The position numbers and the translations under genes are program-made. A DNA stretch of 60,885 nucleotides, filler included, from Candidatus Babelota bacterium (GTDB lineage Bacteria; JAGOBX01), in assembly GCA_017999075.1 (NCBI GenBank). It is 11 parts of 11 records of this genome, joined end to end, with 100 filler letters (N's around TTAATTAATTAA, not from the genome) between each part and the next. Parts side by side here need not be neighbours in the genome. Positions count along the whole stretch, not along the records: positions 8,377 to 27,928 come from JAGOBX010000011.1; 10 more parts are not named here. One strand, given 5' to 3'. The notes below the pieces were generated by a model. It did no database searches, was not told the DNA's origin, and was given only the letters and a program-made list of their open reading frames with translations. Shown here piece by piece: positions 9,467-16,756 of this stretch (its first letter is position 1; each line of letters starts with the position of its first letter).

Positions 9467-11440
9467 TTATTTTTTAACTTGTAAAATTTCGTCTATAGTT
9501 CTAACTAATTTATTTTTATTTTTAGCAGTAGTTTCTTTGGCATAAAATTTTATTATATCAGTATGGGTGATAATTCCAATGACTTTATTTTCTTCTTTGC
9601 TGTTTAAAACAGGGAGAACAGAAGTTTCATAACTTCCGAGAAATTTTATAGCAGTATCTATAGAATCGTTTTGATATAACATGGGAACAGATTTGTTTTT
9701 TATCAAATCACATATTTTCATATCCGGGTTTTTATTGATTATATCTCTTTTTAACATATATTTTTTTAGCATTCCGAGCATTTTGCCTTTGTCGTCAACA
9801 ACCGGATAACTGTAAAACTGATAAAAAGTAAAAAGAGGCATAGCATCAGAAACTGTTATATTTCCATTCATAACTTTTACAGGAGAAGTCATAGCTTCTT
9901 TCACAATTGAAGATTTTAAATCAACGCTTTCAGTAGGCAGATAAATTCCTTGATTATTAAGTATAGCATCGTATATTGAAGATTTGAATAAATATCTGGA
10001 TACAGTGAAACTTGCCATATTAGCAAGCATTAATGGCAATATGATTTCATAATTATGAGTCAATTCAAAAACCAGCAGAATGGAAGTTATAGGGGATTTC
10101 ATTACTCCTGCAAAAAAAGCTCCCATACCTACTAAAGCATAGGCTCCCATATCTCCTGTTACAGCAGGATAAAACAAATTTATAACATACCCCACGGATC
10201 CGCCTATCATTGACCCGATAAAAATTGCAGGCATTAAAATTCCGCCCGGAATTCCTGCGCTATGACATAAAATAACAGCAACAAATTTAAAAATTAGTAA
10301 ATATATAAGAGTTCTGCCTGTAATATTATTAGCCATCACATCTTCAATTTGTCTGTATAAAGCAGTAGCTGGACCTACAGGTTTTTGAATTATTTGATTT
10401 TCAGGAGTTTCTTTTATTTTATTACTTTGCGCGATAGAATTGTTCAATAATTCAGAATCATCTGAGGCATAAATATTTGTATTTGTCAATCCGGTTTTTA
10501 TATTGCTTTTCAAAGTTTCTAAAATATTTCCATCACTTTTTTTATTTAATTCGGGTGTGTAATTAAATCCTGTTATTTGGGCTGGAAGATAAAATGCCGC
10601 AATTCCTATAACAAGCCCGCCCGCTGCAGGAATAAACATTTTAGGAATAATTTTAAATTTAGATATTTTGTTTGTTGAAAAAATCAATAATTTTATAAAT
10701 AACCATGATAAAATTCCGCAGCATATGCCAAGTCCCAAATAAAAAATTAATTCAAGAGGCTGAACAAGCTGATATTTCGCGACAATAAATGAGGGATGGT
10801 TTCCAAGCATCAATCTCTGCAGAGTAGAAGCAAGTACGCAGGATATGATAGTAGTTCCAATTATGTGAGTGGAAAAATTTCCGAGTAATTCTTCAAGAAC
10901 AAACATGATTCCTGTTATTGGAGTATTAAACGCCGCAGCCAAACCACCGGCCGAACCACATATAACAAGATTTTTTATATTAGCTTTTTTTAAAGAAAAA
11001 ATTTGTCCGATCCATGAACCTATTATTCCGCATATAAAAATTGTAGGACCTTCAGCGCCGACTGCTAATCCTCCTCCAATACATAACACACAAACAGCGA
11101 ATTTACCGAATATTTCTTTTGCAGGGAAAATACCGTATCTGTAATATAAGGCAGTTTTCAATTGAGGAATTCCACTGCCTTTAGATTGAGGAAAAATATA
11201 AGTAAGAAATATTCCTGCAAATAAAGAACATGCTGCAGGAATTATAATAAAATGACAGTTTGTTTCAAAATGAAAAGAATGATTAAAATACAGAAAATTT
11301 TCAAACCAGTGAATAGAATATTTGAAAATTACAGCAGCAAACCCGCTTAATAATCCGACAAGGACGATTAAACCTGGAAGCAGTAAATTAGGATCATTTT
11401 TAATTTTTTCAATTATATTTTGTATATATTTTTTTATCAT
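9467..11440 (-). CDS. ClC family chloride channel/H+ antiporter with C-terminal CBS pair
   Basis: GSGIP, GAEGP, GLAAAFNTP, GGILMP motifs; many TM helices; CBS domains (YPVVD..G..LG, LPVL...VIGIITHTDI). Confidence 0.92.
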   Translation of the reverse strand: MIKKYIQNIIEKIKNDPNLLLPGLIVLVGLLSGFAAVIFKYSIHWFENFLYFNHSFHFETNCHFIIIPAACSLFAGIFLTYIFPQSKGSGIPQLKTALYYRYGIFPAKEIFGKFAVCVLCIGGGLAVGAEGPTIFICGIIGSWIGQIFSLKKANIKNLVICGSAGGLAAAFNTPITGIMFVLEELLGNFSTHIIGTTIISCVLASTLQRLMLGNHPSFIVAKYQLVQPLELIFYLGLGICCGILSWLFIKLLIFSTNKISKFKIIPKMFIPAAGGLVIGIAAFYLPAQITGFNYTPELNKKSDGNILETLKSNIKTGLTNTNIYASDDSELLNNSIAQSNKIKETPENQIIQKPVGPATALYRQIEDVMANNITGRTLIYLLIFKFVAVILCHSAGIPGGILMPAIFIGSMIGGSVGYVINLFYPAVTGDMGAYALVGMGAFFAGVMKSPITSILLVFELTHNYEIILPLMLANMASFTVSRYLFKSSIYDAILNNQGIYLPTESVDLKSSIVKEAMTSPVKVMNGNITVSDAMPLFTFYQFYSYPVVDDKGKMLGMLKKYMLKRDIINKNPDMKICDLIKNKSVPMLYQNDSIDTAIKFLGSYETSVLPVLNSKEENKVIGIITHTDIIKFYAKETTAKNKNKLVRTIDEILQVKK

Positions 11441-11529
11441 TTCAAAATAACTCTATTATAATAAACAATAAAGAAACCATAAAAATCAACTGTATAAATT
11501 TTTTATAAAATTATACTTTTAAATAATAA

Positions 11530-12696
11530 TTATTTTTTATCATAACTGTTTTTTATCTGCAAAAGTAGAAGAATGTATAATACAACCGAAATTATGATAG
11601 CCGAATAATTCATAGAAGAATAAATTTTTGAATAAGGAATTATATAAGAAAGTTTAAAAGGCGCTGATTTGAAATTACGCACAACAACAAAATGATCTCC
11701 TGCTTTTGTGAATCCTTCGAAATTTTTATCATATAATTCATTAATCTGTTTCAAGATATTTTTTTGTATAACTGTTTTTAATTCTTTAATATCTTTATCA
11801 GAAGATTTTACAAGTTTAGAATGAGCAATTATCTGTTTATAATTATTTGAGATAAAAATATCTCCGCTTTTTATTTCAAAATCAGAAATAAGTTTATTTA
11901 AAACATCAAGAGTTAAATCTGCGGAAACCGTTCCAAGAAAAAATTGTCCGTTATAAACAGGTTTAGCGCAAGTTATCATCATTCCTTTTCCGGCAGAGTC
12001 GATATATGCAGGCGTCCAGAATAATTTTCTGAGAGGATTATTTTCAGGAAGCCCGAATTTATAAAAATCAAGAGTAAGCAGTTCTGTAATATGCTTATAT
12101 ATATCCTCTGGTTTGTTTGAAATTGAGTTTGTATGTTCCCAGGGATATATATTTATAAATTCATTTTTTGAAGTGTAATATACCCATGCTATATTAGGCA
12201 AAGAATCTACAGCAGCTCTGAATATATTATTTAAAGCCAAAGCCATTTTTATTTCTCTGTAATATTGCTGATTTCTTTTTTTTAGCGAACCTGTTCCTCT
12301 GATATTTCCGATCATGTTTTTTGAGTATGGCAAAGGAAAACTATCGAGAGTGTAAAACATTTTTTGTTGTGAAGGTATTTTTGTTTCTATTACGCTTTTA
12401 ATCAATCTTGAAAATTCATTTTCTTTAGGACTTAATAAATAAACTGTCTCCGCATTTTTTTGAATAGAATCTACAAAATCAGAGCAAGTCTTTATTATGT
12501 ATTCAGACTGAATCAATTCTGAGTTAACGCTATTTACAATTAAATTAATTCTTGTCTTATATTGATATATATATTCATAAACTATAAAAGTTAAGAATAT
12601 CATTGTTATAAAAAAATACATCAGTTTTTTTGATCCTGTTTTTTTAGCAGTTATGTTTCCGGCATCAGTATTATCTAATTCTTTGAAATCCGTCAT
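11530..12696 (-). CDS. Stand-alone dCache sensor-domain membrane protein
   Basis: TM-periplasmic domain-TM; WTPAYIDSAGKGMMITCAKPVY...GTVSADL is a dCache_1 motif; no cytoplasmic output domain; AGGAG SD. Confidence 0.8.
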   Translation of the reverse strand: MTDFKELDNTDAGNITAKKTGSKKLMYFFITMIFLTFIVYEYIYQYKTRINLIVNSVNSELIQSEYIIKTCSDFVDSIQKNAETVYLLSPKENEFSRLIKSVIETKIPSQQKMFYTLDSFPLPYSKNMIGNIRGTGSLKKRNQQYYREIKMALALNNIFRAAVDSLPNIAWVYYTSKNEFINIYPWEHTNSISNKPEDIYKHITELLTLDFYKFGLPENNPLRKLFWTPAYIDSAGKGMMITCAKPVYNGQFFLGTVSADLTLDVLNKLISDFEIKSGDIFISNNYKQIIAHSKLVKSSDKDIKELKTVIQKNILKQINELYDKNFEGFTKAGDHFVVVRNFKSAPFKLSYIIPYSKIYSSMNYSAIIISVVLYILLLLQIKNSYDKK

Positions 12697-12910
12697 AATT
12701 TAGTTTCTCCTTTAAAAATTTACCTGTAAAATAAAATAATGAATATTTTATAATTAAAAAAATAAATTTTACCTTATATCAGATTTTTTAAAAAAACAAT
12801 TTATTTATTAATTTATGTTATATTTTTTTTATTTATAAATGATTTTTTAAAAAATATAAAAATATAATTTATTGATAATAAATAAGTTAATAAATAAATG
12901 AAAAAAAAAT

Positions 12911-12937
12911 TTAAGTTTTTAAAATATATGCCGATAT
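12911..12937 (+). promoter_or_regulatory. Sigma28 (FliA/SigD) promoter of flagellin operon
   Basis: TTAAGTTT-N11-GCCGATAT, a near-perfect match to the sigma28 consensus TAAAGTTT-N11-GCCGATAA, upstream of the flagellins. Confidence 0.85.
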
Positions 12938-12964
12938 ATAATAGTGAAAAAGGTTTAAAATATT

Positions 12965-12982
12965 AATCACAGGGATGTGATT
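12965..12982 (+). promoter_or_regulatory. CsrA-type binding hairpin
   Basis: AATCACA-GGGA-TGTGATT perfect stem-loop containing ACAGGGATGT, matching the CsrA consensus ACANGGANGU. Confidence 0.7.
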
Positions 12983-13311
12983 GTTGGTATTGATATAAAA
13001 ATCAGTACTGATAAAATGAAATGGATTTAAATACCTTTCTAAAAAGTATTCATTCATTTAAAAAAAATCCCTGTAAAAAAAGAATAAAAAATAAATGAGG
13101 AGGTGATTATATTATAGTATAAAAAATAAATATAATTTATGAAAGTTTTATGTTTTTAAAATATTGGATTTTCCAAATAATAAGTAATTATTTATCTGTT
13201 GAAAGAAAAAATATTATGTATTTATAATTTTATAATAAATTCTGAAGACAGAAAGCAATACTTATATTCCGGAAATTTTACTATCCAATATTAAAATTTT
13301 AAAAAGTATCG

Positions 13312-13348
13312 CTTAGGCAAGGAAGCTTAAGAAATTCAAGGAGGAATT
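13312..13348 (+). promoter_or_regulatory. Two CsrA-type GGA hairpins, the second overlapping the flagellin Shine-Dalgarno
   Basis: CTTAGGC-AAGGAA-GCTTAAG and AATTC-AAGGAG-GAATT just before ATG 13352; same arrangement as CsrA-repressed flagellin leaders such as B. subtilis hag. Confidence 0.7.
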
Positions 13349-13351
13349 ACT

Positions 13352-14170
13352 ATGTCTTTAAGAATTATGAATAATGTGGAAGCGCAATTTGCGCATCGCC
13401 AATTAAGTCTTACAAATGGAAAATTAAACAAATCATTAGAAAAATTATCATCAGGTTACAGAATAAATCATGCTGCAGACGATGCTGCAGGTTTAGCAAT
13501 TTCAGAAAAATTAAGAACTCAGGTTAATGGACTTGAACAATCAAGAAGAAATATTATGGATGGTATTTCTTTACTGCAGACAGCTGAAGGCGGACTTGAT
13601 GAGCTTCATTCAATACTGCAGAGAATGAGAGTCCTTTCAATTCAGGCATCAAATGGAACTTTAACCACTACAGACAGAGGACTAATTCAATCTGAAGTTG
13701 ATCAATTATTGTGTGAAATTGATAGAATGTCATCAACAGTAACTTTCAACAATATTCAGTTATTCAATTATACTGACGGTTCATTAAAGATTCAGGCCGG
13801 TGCGTCACAAGGTCAGACTTTAACTGTAACATTAAGTTCAATTTCAACTACAGATTTAAGTATTGACGGATTATCAATAACTTCAACAACAGGCGCAGAA
13901 TCAGCAATAACATTATTAACTACAGCTATAGATAATATTTCACGCAGACGCGCTACAATCGGAGCTATGCAGAATCGTCTTGAACATACATATAATTTTG
14001 CAGGGATCAGCCGTGAAAATCAGATGGCAGCAGAATCAAGAATCAGAGATGTTGATTTTGCTGAAGAAATGATTACATTTACTAAAACTCAAATTCTTGC
14101 TCAAGCAGGTAACTCTATGTTAGCTCAGGCAAATTTGAGACCACAAGCGGTTCTTCAACTTTTAGGTTAA
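13352..14170 (+). CDS. fliC: Flagellin (short, minimal variable domain)
   Basis: EKLSSGYRIN.AADDAAGLAISEK N-terminus and AAESRIRDVDFAEEM...QILAQAG..MLAQAN C-terminus. Confidence 0.97.
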   Translation: MSLRIMNNVEAQFAHRQLSLTNGKLNKSLEKLSSGYRINHAADDAAGLAISEKLRTQVNGLEQSRRNIMDGISLLQTAEGGLDELHSILQRMRVLSIQASNGTLTTTDRGLIQSEVDQLLCEIDRMSSTVTFNNIQLFNYTDGSLKIQAGASQGQTLTVTLSSISTTDLSIDGLSITSTTGAESAITLLTTAIDNISRRRATIGAMQNRLEHTYNFAGISRENQMAAESRIRDVDFAEEMITFTKTQILAQAGNSMLAQANLRPQAVLQLLG

Positions 14171-14171
14171 T

Positions 14172-14390
14172 AAAGGTTGGTGTAACCAATGAATAAATAT
14201 TGGGTTTTTGAGATAGAATTCTCTATCTCCTGAGGATAAAAGGGTATTGTTATATTTTTTTGCCGCAGCGGCTTAGTCCGGTTACGAGGGATACGGATTT
14301 TGCTGCTGCGTAAAAACAATATCGTTAGGAATTAAGTTATTTGACAATTAAATAATAAGCCAAACCCCTGAGAGGTTAACCGGAAACTTT
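14172..14390 (+). ncRNA. Putative structured intergenic RNA element between the two flagellins
   Basis: Nested complementary segments read by eye (see findings); not matched to a named family. Confidence 0.4.
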
Positions 14391-14408
14391 AATTATTTTT
14401 AATATAAA

Positions 14409-14469
14409 TCGGGCAAGGGATTGTCCGAACCGTATAGTTGTTATACGGGAACTCATGGAGGGAGGAGTT
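14409..14469 (+). promoter_or_regulatory. CsrA-type hairpins in the second flagellin leader
   Basis: TCGGGCAA-GGGA-TTGTCCGA; CCGTATA..TATACGG; AACTC-ATGGAGGGAG-GAGTT occluding the SD. Confidence 0.65.
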
Positions 14470-14473
14470 TTTT

Positions 14474-15295
14474 ATGGCCCTAAGAATAATGAATAATGTT
14501 TCCGCTACATTTGCTCAACGGCAATTAGGCGCAAATAACGCTATGTTAGGAAAGTCTCTTGAACGTTTATCGTCAGGATACAGAATCAATCACGCTTCAG
14601 ATGATGCTGCAGGATTGGCAGTTTCTGAGAAACTGCGTTTCCAGGTAAGAGGACTTGAACAAGCTCAGAGAAATATCATGGATGGTATTTCATTAGCACA
14701 GGTTGCTGAAGCAGGACTTGAACAGACAGGTACTATTTTGCAGAGATTAAGAGTATTGACTTTACAGGCTGCAAATGGAACTCTTGCAAATTCAGACAGA
14801 TTATTAATCAGTTCTGAAGTAGCACAGTTAATAAGTGAAATTGACAGAATGCAGTCAACAGTTACATTTAATGGAATAGCTCTGTTAGGTTCGTCACAAT
14901 CTATAAAAATTCAGGTAGGAGCATCACCTGATCAGACAATATCAATATCATTGTCTGGAATTACATCGTCAAGTTTAGGAATTGATTCATTAAATGACAC
15001 CATTACGACATCTACCGGCGCAATGGGAGCAATTTCTACAATTGACAGCGCTTTGAATTCAGTATTGACTTTACGTTCACAATTAGGCGCGTCGCAAAAC
15101 CGTATGGAAATGACTTATGATTTTATCGGCATTCAGAGGGAGAATATGATGGCTGCCGAATCAAGAATCAGAGACGTTGATTTTGCGAGTGAAATGACCA
15201 CTTATACAAAAAATCAGATTATTGTACAAGCAAGTACTGCTATGCTGGCTCAGGCTAATGTTTCAGCGCAATCAGTTTTACAACTTTTACAGTAA
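14474..15295 (+). CDS. fliC: Flagellin (second paralog)
   Basis: Same conserved flagellin termini. ATG 14474 follows GGAGGAG and aligns with paralog 1, so the TTG at 14438 in the ORF track is not the likely start. Confidence 0.97.
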   Translation: MALRIMNNVSATFAQRQLGANNAMLGKSLERLSSGYRINHASDDAAGLAVSEKLRFQVRGLEQAQRNIMDGISLAQVAEAGLEQTGTILQRLRVLTLQAANGTLANSDRLLISSEVAQLISEIDRMQSTVTFNGIALLGSSQSIKIQVGASPDQTISISLSGITSSSLGIDSLNDTITTSTGAMGAISTIDSALNSVLTLRSQLGASQNRMEMTYDFIGIQRENMMAAESRIRDVDFASEMTTYTKNQIIVQASTAMLAQANVSAQSVLQLLQ

Positions 15296-15420
15296 ATTTT
15301 GGTTTTATGAATCAGAAGCATATATAATATAATAATTATATGCTTCTGAACAAACTTTTTTACCGGTTGACTTTCTCCAGGGGGATGGATTATTATTAGT
15401 TTTAATAATAATATTGTTTT

Positions 15421-15459
15421 AACCCGGTGTATAAATTAATTTTATATGCCGGGTTTTTT
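15421..15459 (+). terminator. Rho-independent terminator after flagellins
   Basis: AACCCGGTGTATAAA-TTAA-TTTTATATGCCGGGTT followed by a T run. Confidence 0.75.
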
Positions 15460-15472
15460 ATTTTCATTAAGA

Positions 15473-16708
15473 TTAGTTTTTTGCAGATAAAGGCATATAA
15501 AATGAAACTATTGTGCCTGATTCAATTACTGATTCAATATTAATCTCTCCTTTGTGCAGACGGATTATTTCACTGCATATAGATAATCCTGCGCCTGTTC
15601 CGCCATATTTTCTTTTAGTTGAGTTGTCTTTCTGGAAAAAAATTTCGAATATTTTTTTTTTATCTGTTTCAGACATTCCTATTCCTGTATCTGAAATTTT
15701 GAAATTAAAATTGTTGTTTTTTATAGAAGTTTTTATAGTTATATTTCCATTTTCTTTATTGAATTTTATGGCATTGTCAATCAAATTGTTTATAACAAAA
15801 CTTAACTTAAGATTATCGCATTTTATAATGATTTTTTCATCTGATTTAATAAAATCTACTGATAAATTTTTTAATTCTATTTTATCTTTGAATGATATTA
15901 AAATTTCTTCAATTTTTTTATTAATATCCAGAATACCGATATTTAAATTGAAATTTCCTGTTTTTAATCTTGAAAGCTCTATCAGATTTCCAATAACAAA
16001 GTTAAGGTTTTCGACGCATAATAATGACCGTTTTAACTGATTTTTTTGTGTTTCGTTTAGGTTTGAAGAATCTTTTTTCAATAATAATTCATTATATCCT
16101 CTTATAATAGTGAGTGGAGTTCTTAGTTCGTGAGAAATATTTGAAAGAATATTTTCTTTTAATTCATCAAACCTTTTTAACTCCAGGTTAGCATTATTTA
16201 ATTCTTTTATGATTTGTTTTTGTATAGATATATCTTCACGTATTTTTGCTGATAAAATATGGAATAAATTTAGTCCTGTAAGTGGTTCTACAGACAATAA
16301 TTGATAAAATTTATCTATTGTTAACTTCAGTGTTTTTACATTAGATGTTGCTATTGCTGAAGCGCTGCGTGGAGCCATGTCTATAATAGACATTTCCCCG
16401 ATACATTCTCCTTCTGAACGTTCGGCAATAATAAAATTTTCTGATTTTATAAGAATTTTTCCTTCACCAATCAAATACATGCAATCTCCAAGATCTCCTT
16501 CGGAAAAAATAATTTCATCATGCTGAAAATTAATTTCTTCGAATAATACAGACAGATCATGAAGTTTTTTTTCGTTAGTATTTTTAAATATAGAATTATT
16601 TTTAAGAAAAACAATTTTTTTTGAATTATAAGAATTCATATTATTTTCAAATAATAAAATTAGGTTAAATTTAGTATCAACCTGACGATTTGAATAAAAA
16701 ATTTTCAA
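15473..16708 (-). CDS. Cyclic-nucleotide-binding domain histidine kinase
   Basis: cNMP motifs (EGDLGDCMYLI..G, GECIGEMSII..PRSASA); HisKA SHELRTPLT; HATPase NLIDNAIKF, DTGIG, GGTGAGLSI. The start may be ATG 16639. Confidence 0.9.
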   Translation of the reverse strand: MKIFYSNRQVDTKFNLILLFENNMNSYNSKKIVFLKNNSIFKNTNEKKLHDLSVLFEEINFQHDEIIFSEGDLGDCMYLIGEGKILIKSENFIIAERSEGECIGEMSIIDMAPRSASAIATSNVKTLKLTIDKFYQLLSVEPLTGLNLFHILSAKIREDISIQKQIIKELNNANLELKRFDELKENILSNISHELRTPLTIIRGYNELLLKKDSSNLNETQKNQLKRSLLCVENLNFVIGNLIELSRLKTGNFNLNIGILDINKKIEEILISFKDKIELKNLSVDFIKSDEKIIIKCDNLKLSFVINNLIDNAIKFNKENGNITIKTSIKNNNFNFKISDTGIGMSETDKKKIFEIFFQKDNSTKRKYGGTGAGLSICSEIIRLHKGEINIESVIESGTIVSFYMPLSAKN

Positions 16709-16756
16709 TCCATCAATGATTCATTTGTATTTATTTTTCATAAGACCCTAAAGGGT

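Noticed and set aside
14230..14388. Hammerhead-like motifs (CTGAGGA at ~14230; CTGAGAG..GAAAC at ~14368-14387)
   Set aside because: The stems needed for a hammerhead core could not be assembled around either motif
12..16708. Adenylate cyclase and cNMP-binding kinase as one linked cAMP system controlling flagella
   Set aside because: They are on different contigs, so there is no linkage evidence
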